A DNA stretch of 64,000 nucleotides from Antedon mediterranea (taxonomy: Eukaryota; Animalia; Echinodermata), in NCBI RefSeq assembly GCF_964355755.1, contig NC_092673.1, positions 22,875,648-22,939,647 of the forward strand, read 5' to 3'. The notes below the pieces were generated by a model. That model did not search any database. It was not told the origin of the DNA and was given only the letters and a program-made list of their open reading frames with translations. The translations under genes and the position numbers were made by a program. Position 1 is the stretch's first letter; each line of letters opens with the position of its first letter. Shown here piece after piece: positions 24,801 through 37,044 of this stretch.

Positions 24801-27756
24801 TAGAAAATATTAAAATCTCAGAGAAAAAGGAATACAGATAGGCGTGATGCGCTCCATTGAATATGATGAGCAATAACGAAAGAGACAAAAATCCTATATT
24901 TTACATTCGTGTGGCCATACGATGACGTCACAATGTCCGGTTAGCCATATTGATTCATGATCCGATTTCTACAACTCATCAACTTCCAGAATATGTAATT
25001 AAAACAAAGTTCACCTCGTTGTTTAGAATCTATGACTGTTTAAAAAAAGGCATAATTTTGACAAATTTTTGAACTTTTTCATCAAAAAACGCACGTAAAG
25101 TATCCAATTCAACGTGCCCGTATGACGTAATTGTAAGTCGAAATTGTTTTAAAATTTGTAAAATTACTATAAAAGGCTGGAAAAACATAATTCAATAAAA
25201 AAAAAATACTTTTAGCGCTACGTGCGCACCACGCGCATAAAATTGTTCACGCGCGTGGGAAATTTTGACATGGTCAAAATGTCATGATCAGCGTAGAAAG
25301 TTGATTAAAAATTAATTTTGCGCATTTTGAATTTTAAATGCGCGTGCGCGCGTAACTTTGTGTAAAACACGCAATTTTTTTTCCACAGAAAGTTAGCGAA
25401 TGATATAAATTAAACTTTTGCTAAGTTTCAATTTAAATTGTTATATGGTTTTAAATCTATGTTAAATACGCGAAATTCATAAAATCGTGCGTAAGTCACG
25501 TTGCGCATTTCTGACGTCATTCACAATAGGAGGTGCACAACTTCACGTGAATGCCCATATGTTGACAAAGTTATGAAATGTTATGTTTACACGTTTTTGA
25601 GATACGCGAGATACAAAAATAGAGGAGAAATGCGCGTGCGCGCGTAACGTCTTGTAAAACATGGCATTTTTAATCCACAAAAAGTTTGCCCTTGATATGA
25701 CTTAAATTTTCACAAAGTGTCAAAACAAATTTATACTTGGTTTTTAGTCTATGATCAATCATAAAAAATCATAAAATCGCACGTAAGTCACGTTGCGCAA
25801 CTCTGACGTCATTAAAAAATAGGAGGTGCACAACTTCACGTAAATGCCCATATGTTGACAAAGTTATGAAATGTTATGTTTACAAGTTTTTGAGATACGT
25901 GAGGCACAAAAATGAGGGAGAAAGAAATAAGAAAAACTAGACATGAAACTCGTCACTTTGACGAGTTAGTTATCCGCACCACGACAAACGCCACGTGCAC
26001 GTCATACGTTGGAATATTACACACAGATAAAGATTATGGCATTATGACAAGAACTGAAGAATATGATATGCTGTTAGGGCTGAATTCTGTCAATTTTGTG
26101 TCATATAGTATACATGCAAACACTACAGTATAATCTGCATACATATTACATACAGTGTAGAAAAGGTGAAATTATGGGACCCGCCATTTATTCCAATTTT
26201 TAACATGGCGACGGTATCAAAATGGAACACTTAGATAGCAATTTCAGAAGGAAATTATCTTAGGAACAACATATTAACGTGTAGAAGAAATTTGAATACG
26301 TAAAATATAGATGCGCACCCTTTTAAATGTGATGAACTATTACGCAAAATATGAAAATACAACTTTTTTTATTCAACTGGCCATATGATGACGTCACAAC
26401 ATCCGATTGGCAAAATGTTTACATGAATTCGTATCTACAATCCCATAGCTTCCAGAAAACGTTTTAATCATGATTATCACTTTTTATTCTGATGAGCTAT
26501 AACAGATTGAAATTTACTGTAAAGATGAAAATAAGTGACCCACGTTATTTACAATTTTCGACATGATGACGTCATAAAAATTAAATTATTTTTAACTCAT
26601 GCGAAAGATAGTTCATTCACCTAGACAATATCAAAATCGGGCTGAAAATAAAAAACGGATAAGTGGAGATGCGCTCTATTAAATGTGATGCGCTATGACG
26701 AAAGATATAAAAATTCTACATTTTATATTCGCGTGGCCATACGATGACGTTATAATGTCCGATTAGCCATATTAATGCATGATTCCATATCTACAACTCA
26801 TCAACTTCCAGAATATATAATTTAAAAAAAGTTCACCTCGTAGTTTAGAATCTATGAATGTTTAAAAAAAGGCATAATTTTGACGAATTTTGACAAATTT
26901 TTGAACTTTTTCATCAAAAACGCACGTAAATTATCCAATTGGATGTGCCCGTATGACGTAATTTTAGGTCAAAATTGTTCAAAAATTGGTAAAATTACCA
27001 GAAAAGGCTGGAAAAACATGAATCACGCGAAAATTTTTTATTTTCAACGCTACGTGCGCACCGTGCGAGTAAAAATATGCGCGCGCGTGGGAATTTTTGA
27101 CATGCTCAAAATAACATGAAACGCGTAGAAAGTTGATTAGAAATTGATTTTTCGCATTTTGAAATTTTAAACGCCCGTGCGCGCGTAACTTCTTGTGAAA
27201 CATGCCATTTTTTTTCCACAGTCAGTTAGCGCAAGATATAAATTAAACTTTTGTTAAGTTTCAATTGAAATTGCTATATGGTTTTCGATCTATGTTAAAT
27301 ACGCGAAATTCGTTAAAACGCGCGTAAATCACGTTGCGCAATTCTGACGTCATTCACAATAGGAGGTGCACAATTTCGCGTGAATGCCCACATGTTGACA
27401 AAGTTATAAAATGTTTTGTTTACAATTTTTTGAGATACGCGAGACACAAAATTGACAGAAAGAAAGAATAATACAGAAAAAAAAAAAAAAAAAAAAAAAG
27501 ATGATTTCATACAGTTACAAGGAGTTATCCGCTACTAAGCGGATAACTAATAAAGAAAAAAGAAAAAAAGATCCAGGACGATTACAAGGAGTTATCCGCT
27601 ACTAAGCGGATAACTAATAAGATAGAAAAAAAAAAAAAAAAAAAAGATCGTGACAATAACAAGGGGTTATCCGCCAAGTGCGGATAACCAAAAAAAGAAA
27701 AAAAAAAAAAAAGATCCTGACAATAACAAGGGGTTATCCGCCAAGTGCGGATAACC
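18891..27756 (-). mobile_element. Nested cluster of six HINE elements
   Basis: CTAG/stem-loop/sub-TIR ends at 18891 (A), 20018 (A), 21148 (B), 22734 (B), 24149 (B) and 25937 (B). Hairpin ends at 22731 (B), 27548 (B), 27615 (B), 27689 (A) and 27756 (A). Confidence 0.9.
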
Positions 27757-28150
27757 AATAATATTATGCATCCCTTTCCATTTACCATCAATTTAAAACT
27801 AATCTCTGTATTGAAGATTATTTTTGTGTACTGAAAAATCCACTCCACATCATTATGTTAACTAAGCAAGACTTGGTATTCTAGAATTTAGAATCCTAAA
27901 TAGGTAAAAGGATGAATGTGCCCTGTTTGGAACGTATTTGTAGACTATGTAACAGAGGAGAAGTAGAGGATGTCTTTCATCTTATTTTGAACTGTCCATT
28001 ATATAATCAAGAAAGAAATCGTCTCATTCCAAATTATATTTCAAATATGTTCTACTTTGTTTCATTATTTAATTAATAAAACCACCAAATACGATTAAGT
28101 TATTAGCAAATTTTATTAATTGTATGTGCTGTCAAGAAACAAACATTTTA
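27757..28150 (+). pseudogene. Degenerate LINE ORF2 C-terminal CCHC region (continuation of 17978-18890)
   Basis: VPCLERICRLCNRGEVEDVFHLILNCPLYNQERNRLIP at about 27918-28030. Confidence 0.75.
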
Positions 28151-28335
28151 TTAATTGGCACACTAAGAAATGTTTAAAGGCCACTGGCCTATATACAGAA
28201 TAAAGTCTCCCTTTTAGGAGAGTTTGCTATGACATTGCTATGTTTGAAATGTGGTAGTATTTTAAATATTGTTTCAACATTTTTAAAATTTACACATTTC
28301 TAAAGAATATAATTTAAAAAATAAAAAAAGTTTAA

Positions 28336-28879
28336 AGATGCATTGTCCCTTGAAACACAAAAAATGAAAAAAAAAATATTCTAAATTTAAATTGGCCATA
28401 TCAAAGTAATATTAAATTATTCACTTTAAGTCGAAAATTCGAGCCAAAAACAACAGTTTACGTAATTAACAGGTAAATTAATTAGATTACATTTCGTCTG
28501 AGAAATCGTCGCAAGCGAAAGTAAACAAAGATTTCAAACCATGAGTATACATTATGCATGATGCTAATTAGGATTGTTTACAACTCATCACGGTTGAGAA
28601 GGTTTTTTTCACACAGATCGCGAGGAAGTTTTATGATTATGCATACAGAGTAGCCAAACAAGTGCATTGCATTATGGGATATGTTTTGATTGAAAACTTT
28701 GACTGGAAGTCAAAGTTATTTTTTGAACAAAAAAACATCTGTATTTCGGTTAAATTATTTTTTTTTTGACTAATTTTTGGTGAAAGTTAATAACTATTAT
28801 GATACTTCAAAATGACCCACTTTTTTTCGAAATTTAAAAAAAAAAAATTGGGGGAATTAGTCAAAGGGACAATACATCT
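28336..28879. mobile_element. Kolobok-like MITE
   Basis: TTAA|AGATGCATTGTCCC...GGGACAATACATCT|TTAA. A solo matching end lies at 6222-6240. Confidence 0.75.
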
Positions 28880-29217
28880 TTAATGATTAAGTATTTTTAT
28901 TTTGTTCTTTTAAATGATGTAAAGTTACCGCGAGTAGTCCAAAAAGTTTCTTGCAAAAATTTTCAAATTACACAAGTGATTGCTTCGATGCCCTCTATAG
29001 TGTTATAATTAGATGTTACTGCAGTATTAACAATAATGACATAAGACAATCATTAGTGATTTGGTATTTATTGTCTCTCTCCTGAGTGAGAGTCAGAGTG
29101 AGTGTGTTTTAACAATTATTATACTAGACTATTAATAGTAACAAGCCACTCTCTGGGTCTCAAATATAGGCTGGTAAACACCATCCAGGGATGTTGTTCA
29201 GACATGTATGTTACAGT

Positions 29218-30934
29218 GGGTGTTTCGAAACTAGAGACCCGAGACCAGAGACCAGAGACCCGAGACCCAATACGAAAAGGGAGACCCCACTATACGAAAA
29301 GGGAGACCCCAAATATACGAAAAGGGAGACCCAAATATACAAAAAGGGAGACCCAAATATACGAAAAGGGAGACCCAAATATACGAAAAGGGAGACCCAA
29401 ATATACGAAAAGGGAGACCCAAATATACGAAAATGGAGACCCAAATATACAAAAAGGGAGACTCAAATATACGAAAAGAGAGACCCAAATATACAAAAAT
29501 GGAAACCCAAATATACGAAAAGGGAGACCCAAATATACGAAAATAGAAACCTAAAATATACAGTTATACGTCGGCCCAGAGCCGCCTTAACTGTAGAAAC
29601 TCAAAACCAAAGTTTTGTTCACAGTCAGTGTTTTAGGTCGGCCGAGGGTCGCCTTTCGAACGTTCACAACTGTCTTTCCGCCGAACAGGAAGATTCAGGC
29701 AGCTGGCTTGGCATGCTGGGAAGGGTATATTCTCAAAACACAATATAGTTGACCCTATGAAGGCGACCAAAACAATTTCAATCATTATCCAATATGACAC
29801 ATTACACAGTTAAAGCAGATGTTATAAACATCTGTATTATTTAATATACAGCCGAGAATTTCACATTCTATTTTTACTTCTTTCTGCATTAATTAATATT
29901 TACATTTTATTAAAATAGATGGGAAACCCCCACAAAAGATGGAAATATATAGGCCTATCAATTTACACAGCGTTAAAAGCTTCACAACACATATAATTTA
30001 AATAAATCCAGGCTACTGTATTATTCAATATTTTTTTACATCAAGTTTCTTCTTTAATATGATTTGTGAAAATATGTTTTCAATCAATACAATGAATCAA
30101 TGTACACTTATGTGGATAATGAAACAATGTAAAATTATAATTTTAATGGTAATGATATAATGATGATAGTAACGAGAGAATATATACTTTCACCCAAACC
30201 ATAAAAAATCCACCCTGGCTACGGGCCTGAATTGGCTGTCGGACATAACATAGTTTAAACTTGATTGCGCTCTAAAAAAAGAACTGAATATATTAAAAAA
30301 CGATATTCAATACATAAAAAAACCTCATATGCTCAAACTATAAGTAAGCTCACAACCTATTCTCATAAATTCAAAATTCTCATTCTGATAAAATACGCAA
30401 ATTTCATGAAACGTTGCGCAACTGTAAACAACATCATGGTAATATTTTGTTTGTAAGTTTTTGTGAAAAGCGATACACCAAAATGGCAGAAACCGTTCAG
30501 ACAATAACGCCACGAGCAGATAACCAGAAAGTTAAAAAAAACAGTAAAAAGACGTATTTAAGTTATCGAACATTTTGGTCTCCCTTTTCGTATATTTGGG
30601 TCTCCCTTTTCGTATATTTGGGTCTCCCTTTTCGTATATTTGGGTCTCCCTTTTCGTATATTTGAGGTCTCCCTTTTCGTATAGTGGGGTCTCCATTTTC
30701 GTATAGTGGGGTCTCCCTTTTCGTATAGTCCAGGGTCTCCCTTTTCGTATAGTGGGGTCTCCCTTTTCGTATAGTGGGGTCTCCCTTTTCGTATAGTGGG
30801 GTCTCCCTTTTCGTATAGTGGGGTCTCCCTTTTCGTATAGTGGGGTCTCCCTTTTCGTATAGTGGGGTCTCCCTTTTCGTATAGGGTCTCGGGTCTCTGG
30901 TCTCTGGTCTTGGGTCTCTAGTTTCGAAACACCC
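29218..30934. mobile_element. Foldback/MULE-like non-autonomous transposon with tandem-repeat TIRs
   Basis: TIR GGGTGTTTCGAAACTAGAGACC..., inverted arrays of the 22-bp unit aaatatacgaaaagggagaccc (29270-29545 and 30575-30885), and a perfect 10-bp TSD ATGTTACAGT. Confidence 0.92.
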
Positions 30935-31000
30935 ATGTTACAGTATTATATTAGGTGTTTTCAATAACATGACAATAGTTTTACCTCCTCACTGTTAAAT

Positions 31001-32544
31001 TGTCTATCACAAATCACAAGAAAAACCTATAAACGAAAACATTAAACCTATTGAAATGAAGTCTCCCTTTACAGGTGATGAAGTTGCCAAAGCAGCGAAA
31101 TGCTTAAAAAATAATAAAAGCCCAGGAAGTGACCAAGTATACTCTGAAATGGTAAAATATGCACCTATAGAAGTTTTTAACCACATAGCAGAAATATATA
31201 ACCAAACAGCTAAAACAGGAAACATACCTAAAGAAATCAACGAAGGCATATTGCATCCAATACCGAAACCAGGCAAGAAAAAAGGTCCACCAAAAAACAT
31301 CCGACCCATCATCCTACTGTCGGTTCTTAGGAAAATGCTAGCAATATGCTTACTAAATAGGATAAACGACAGATTAGATGAACATGTCCCTGTAACACAG
31401 GCCGCGTATCGCAGAGGACGAAGCACTACCGAACATGTACATACATGCAAAATGTTAGCAGAAAAGGCAATTGCGTCATCTAACTACGAAATAATATTAC
31501 TACTACTTGACATGACCAGTGCATTTGACACGGTGCGGAGGAATACTCTATTCGACATACTGACACATATATTACAAGATGATGAACTACACATGTTGAA
31601 AGTTTTGATAAACAATGTAAAATTAAGCGTTCGAATTGGAAAACAGACAGGAAAATTGTTTACTACTACACTAGGAGTACCACAAGGTGACTGTATGTCT
31701 CCGATACTGTTCACACTATACCTAGCAAAGGCACTCGAATCAGCAAACACAACACCACTACCCCTACAACAGCTTAATATCCAGATGCAGTATGCAGATG
31801 ACATTTCATTTATTAGCGACTCAAAAGAACACATAAGTAAAATAAAGAAAAATGTAACAGAGAAATTAGCAGAATTCAATCTAAAGATAAACGAAAGTAA
31901 AACAGAAGAATACCTAATAGGAAGAAACACCGATAGTAAATGGGAAGAATGCAAATACCTCGGTAGTAACTTGGACACAGAAAAAGACATTAAAAGAAGA
32001 AAATCACTAGCAGCTATGGCATATAACAAGCTGAAGCCGTCGCTAGAACACAAAACGATGTCTATAGACGTGAAATCCCGTTTGTTTGACGCATACATAG
32101 CAAGTATTTTCTTATATAACAGTGAACTCTGGGTACTAAACAAAAAATTACAAGAGAGTATAGATATATATCACAGGAAAATGTTGCGAAAGATGATAGA
32201 TATTAAATTAACAGATAGAGTGTGTAACACGAAAATATACGAGATAACAAAACAAGAAGAATGGAGTAAAAGAATTAAACGAAGGAGACTAAAATGGTAT
32301 GGACACATAATTAGATTACCGGATGATACCCCAATCAAACAAACAATGAAGGAAACTAACAGGAAAGTAAAACGACCCGTAGGAAGACCAAGAAATAACT
32401 GGATGAATCAAATAAAGAAAGACTTACAAGGACTAGTAGACACTAACACAATAACAAACCATCCTGCCATAAACAGAAAAAAATGGAAACAAATTGTGGA
32501 AAGCGTAATGTCGGAAGACGGAAAACGTTAGCAACAACAAACAA
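31001..32544 (+). mobile_element. 5'-truncated RTE-like LINE, young
   Basis: 10-bp TSD ACTGTTAAAT (30991-31000 and 32545-32554). Uninterrupted RT frame from the insertion start to the stop at 32531, then a caacaacaaacaa tail. Confidence 0.9.
31056..32531 (+). CDS. Non-LTR retrotransposon reverse transcriptase (N-terminally truncated ORF2)
   Basis: KSPGSD, RPIILLS, QAAYRRGRST, LDMTSAFD, GVPQGDCMSPILF, YADD, YLGS, RRLKWYGHI. Confidence 0.92.
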   Translation: MKSPFTGDEVAKAAKCLKNNKSPGSDQVYSEMVKYAPIEVFNHIAEIYNQTAKTGNIPKEINEGILHPIPKPGKKKGPPKNIRPIILLSVLRKMLAICLLNRINDRLDEHVPVTQAAYRRGRSTTEHVHTCKMLAEKAIASSNYEIILLLLDMTSAFDTVRRNTLFDILTHILQDDELHMLKVLINNVKLSVRIGKQTGKLFTTTLGVPQGDCMSPILFTLYLAKALESANTTPLPLQQLNIQMQYADDISFISDSKEHISKIKKNVTEKLAEFNLKINESKTEEYLIGRNTDSKWEECKYLGSNLDTEKDIKRRKSLAAMAYNKLKPSLEHKTMSIDVKSRLFDAYIASIFLYNSELWVLNKKLQESIDIYHRKMLRKMIDIKLTDRVCNTKIYEITKQEEWSKRIKRRRLKWYGHIIRLPDDTPIKQTMKETNRKVKRPVGRPRNNWMNQIKKDLQGLVDTNTITNHPAINRKKWKQIVESVMSEDGKR

Positions 32545-32685
32545 ACTGTTAAATACCTATATCAAAGATTGTGTGGAGCCGCTACACGGGGCAAGATAGA
32601 TAACTGCGTGAGTCGTTTGTAATCCATGGATGCCATTCCGGCGGACAAATATGAACCAGATAAGTTGTTATCAAGGCAATATCGT

Positions 32686-34728
32686 GGGTAGTAACAAAGT
32701 GCGAGGCAGCGAGGCAAGTCACAAATTTATGCGAGGCATCGTTTTACCATCATCAAAAAATGCGAGGCACCATTTTATCATTTCTCAAAATTGCGAGGCA
32801 GGAAATCACCGAAATTGAAGTAGCCTAGGCCCGCTAGTAGGCTAGTTCCCTTTTGCACCTGCCTTGTATTTTAACTCGAAATTTGTTAACCCATGGAACT
32901 ATAGTTCCATGGAACTATAGTTCCATGGTAAACCATGCTTTATCCTGAATACCACACCTTAAAATTAGTAGGCCTACTTTAATGAATATTAAATCTGTTA
33001 AATTTGTGATTTTACAGACGTTTTTCTCGCATACAGTTCACGAATTTCGCACACTCAATGTTCAATATTTTGGTTTCTATGAAACGCCAAAAGAGCAAAA
33101 TTAATTAGAGGGCTAAAAACTCTGTGGAATCTATATATTTAACACATAATTTGGTGAAGATTTTGTCAGTCAGTAAGGAAAAATGTTACTGTTGATACTG
33201 TGCACGGTTTCGTTAACCTTTTAAAGAATAACATAGAACAATTCATCATAATATCCTTAGTAGGATGTCCTAGGTCAAGGCAAGGTAGTGATGTTGATTT
33301 AGGATCGATTATTATTCTTTGAAAACAGAACAGTATCACTATCAGTGGTAACATTATTACAGTATTTTTATTGACAGATTAACAAATATATTGAAATAAA
33401 ACGTGTTTTTCACCAATAAATGCATGAGAAATTGACGGATTCCACTGAGTTTTAGTCCTCTATTATCGTAGAAACAACAATATTGAACATGCGTGAAATT
33501 CGCATGCGTGAAGTGTGCGAGGAACACGCCTGTAAAATCATTAATTTAGGGATTTATTTGTTACTTTTTATGTGATTCATTAAAGTACTCATGATGTACT
33601 TCTAGGTGTGGTATTCACACGATAAAGCCAGTTATCAAATTTGGAGTAAAAATACAAGCGAAAGAAACTAGCGCCAGGTTTATTAGTACGTTACATGGAC
33701 GATAACAATAAATAAAAATCGTAATATACCTAGCCTACTAAAACAGGAATAGCGTATCATTATTAAAATATTACACCAATTATTATTATATAAAAATTGA
33801 TTAAATTATTTTCTGCATAGGCCTCTGGGTTAGGGCTAAGCATATTAGCTAAAGTTTAATTTTGGGCCTAGTATTACGATTGTCGGACGTAAGTCTTTTT
33901 TACACGCGCTTCAGAATTCTCTCGCAATTTTTTTTCTTTGCGGATTTTATTTGATCGGCATATCAGTTACCTTTTATTCACCGCCAATTAGTGAACTTGC
34001 TGTTCATTTTATTTGCGAGAGAGGTACACGTGTTGATTTCCTAGAGAATGGAATTTCAAAAATGTCTTTTGGCACGCCGCTCAGAGAGAAGTCTGAAACC
34101 ACGTGCTATATACTGTAGGAGGGGAATCGCCACAAGGCCAAATCCTCTCAGGGCAGAATCACTCCGCCACTACTTGCTAAATAGTAAAGAGGGATTTTCA
34201 ATCTCTCACTAGGTCTACCGGATCGAGGCGTGGGTGTGTGACAAAATATTATTTTCACTCTGCTATGTTCGAGAGACATGTTAAATTAATTGTAAAGTGA
34301 ACACGCTCCAAATGGCAACAAACATGGCAGTCATTTGATGATAAGTGTCGCTATAACAATATTTTTATCGAAGTTGAAGACTGTCGTTCAGATTTTTAAA
34401 ATATGGCGCATACCGAATTACAGATGCACAACTTTTGAACAGTTTGGGCACTTTTGTAAAAGTAAAATTTGTCACGATATGACTTGAATGAAAAAAACAA
34501 TGGTTACATAAAAATAAACATGTTGAGTGTATACAAGAATCTATTTAGATACACTAGGCCTATTATACAAATATAAATAATTGATTATTATGCCTATAAT
34601 ATAGCATAATAGCACGTTAAGATATGCCTCGCACCTTTTTGAAATTGTAAACTATATATGCCTCGCACTTTTGGAAATGATAAAATGATGCCTTGCATGC
34701 CTCGCTGCCTCGCACTTTGTCAACACTC
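32686..34728. mobile_element. MULE-like non-autonomous transposon
   Basis: Imperfect TIRs (acaaagtgcgaggcagcgaggca / tgcctcgctgcctcgcactttgt) and a 9-bp TSD CAATATCGT. Confidence 0.8.
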
Positions 34729-35147
34729 CAATATCGTACGATGTCTCAGTCAAAGAATGAAGTTGTCTAACCAAGCATGTCAATGTAAACACACAGAATT
34801 AATCGGAAAGTGTCCAATCCCAAAGATACTTCGAGGTGGACCGCAAAATTTAAACCATTTAACCATTGTAAATCAAAATAAAAGGTGCTATAACCTACGT
34901 TTATCCAGATATGTTGTCCGCCCGCATGGAGTTCATGGATTTAAAGGGCGCGTAGGGTTATAAGATAGGAGCTTGGCAACAGTTATCTGTCTTGCGCCAT
35001 GTAGCATCACTATACAATCTTTGCGGGTCAGTCTAATTACCGAAAACAACCGAAAACAAACGAAAACAAACAGAAAACAAAATAAAAAAATCTAAATACC
35101 GAAAAAAAATTTGTATAATATTTTTGTTAATGTCGCCCTCTATTGAT

Positions 35148-36156
35148 GGGTGTCACGAAACCTAAGACCACGAAAGCTAAGACCCAAGACCTAAGATTAC
35201 AAATATTTATCTTTCGCACCTGCCTTGTATTTTAACTTCCAACATTTATTCTGAATACCACACCTTAGAATTGGCACTTTCATGAAAAAGAATCACATAA
35301 AAAGTAACAAATACATTTTTAAATTGATGATTTTACAGACGTTTTTCTCGCACACAAAATGACTAGCCTACAGTACACTAGTAGCAGTATACTGTAATGT
35401 AACTCCTCGAGCTCCCCATACTCAATGTTTTTGTTTCCATGGAACGTCAAAAGAGCAAAAATTATATAGAGGGCTGAAAACTCTGTTGGAGTCCATCTAC
35501 AGTGTGGATGGAACAATGTAAAATTAAAATTGTAATGATAATAGTATAATCATGCAAGTACGAAGAAATAAATACTGGCAAATAAATTTTAACTTAAAAA
35601 TCATGATAAGTTTTTTTGTTTCGTTTTCTTTCTGTTTTTATACTTGTACTATTATTGTTGCTCTTTTGGCGCTCCATAGAAACAAAAACATTGAGCATGG
35701 GGAGCTCGAGGAATTACATTACAGTATACAAAGAAACGTCTGTAAAATCATAAATTTAAAGGATTTATTTATTTGTTATTATGTGTTTCTCCTTCTGAAA
35801 GTACTTATAAGTCCTAATTTTAAAGTGTGGTATTCAGGATAAAGTTAGTCAACAAATTTGGAGTCAAAATACAAGAAAGGCAGGTGCGTAAGAAAAACAT
35901 CCTCTGAACCAACACATTGGAGTAAATATATACCAATTAAAGAAAAAATATACATTTACTCAACGGGCAAAAATAATGTGAGTTTATCTATGTTTTGCGG
36001 TAGTATTAAATTATATTTATGGTAATAAATGAAACCTACTGTGTTTAAAATTATGTATGGATAAACAAGTATTGTTTTTAAGCTGTAGTATATCTTAGAA
36101 TTTGTAATCTTAGGTCTTGGGTCTTAGCTTTCGTGGTCTTAGGTTTCGTGACACCC
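35148..36156. mobile_element. MULE-like MITE nested in the left TIR of 35025-37607
   Basis: TIR GGGTGTCACGAAACCTAAGACCACGAAAGCTAAGACCCAAGACCTAAGATTACAAAT and a 10-bp TSD CTCTATTGAT. Confidence 0.9.
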
Positions 36157-36509
36157 CTCTATTGATGGGTGTTTCTAAAGCTAAGACCATACAGAGAGAG
36201 GGTAAGACCAGGTAGTAGTGTAAAATACAACTCCCTGGTAAGACCATACAGAGAGAGAAAACTGCGCGCGCAAAAGCCAAGGAAGACCCTACGAAATGGT
36301 AGTGTGCACAAAATACAACTCAAAATCGTACAAATTCAATGAAATACACCGTAGACTACATTTACTTACAAAATCTATGAACACATTTCGTGTGTAGTCT
36401 TTTAAAAAACAAAGCATGATTTTACCTAACTTTGCGTTTTCGTCCCCGGTTTTTGTCACTTAAGTTAATACTGAATTGATTAAGGAAAAAAACGTTATTT
36501 ACTCGACTA

Positions 36510-37044
36510 CGGTCGTTAAAAGACCTGGATTATACAGAACGCCTAAAACGACTAAATCTACCAACATTGGCCTTTAGAAGATTACGAGGAGATATGATTC
36601 AAGTTTTTAAAATGGTGACAGGCCTAAGTGGTAGTGGAATGCGTAACTTCTTCCCTATGAAAACATACGAGAGAAACCTAAGAAGACATAGATACACCAT
36701 ATATAAGCGACGACCTAAACTGGATATCCGCAAGTACAATTTTTCTTACAGAATTGTTAACCTATGGAATAGTCTACCAGAGGAAGCCGTTATCACCACC
36801 ACAGTAAACGCCTTTAAAAATAAACTTGATAAATTCATTGAAAGAAAATACAACAAATTTACTTTTACGGGATAAAGTGTATTGCAGAAGAATTTAAATC
36901 AAGGAAACGAATGAAAAAAAAAAAAACACAAAAAAAAAACCATGCAGTGATGACTTGATGAAATTGGGAGGGCATGACATGTACCATACAGAAATGTATG
37001 GTCTACTTACGAGCCCGACAAGACAGGTGATTACAGGTGATTAC
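36510..37044 (+). mobile_element. CR1-like LINE 3' fragment
   Basis: YTERLKRLNLPTLAFRRLRGDMIQVFK...FSYRIVNLWNSLP...FKNKLD, with an acaggtgattacaggtgattac tail. Confidence 0.85.

Noticed and set aside
27500-27756. Regularly spaced palindromic repeats resembling CRISPR or terminators
   Set aside because: Explained as stacked ends of nested HINEs; the spacers are poly-A tracts.
29102-30936. K/R-rich ORFs (KGRPKYTKRETQIYE repeats)
   Set aside because: Translations of the 22-bp TIR arrays of a foldback element.
31007-32143. Minus-strand ORFs of 147 and 219 aa
   Set aside because: Antisense shadows of the RT ORF.
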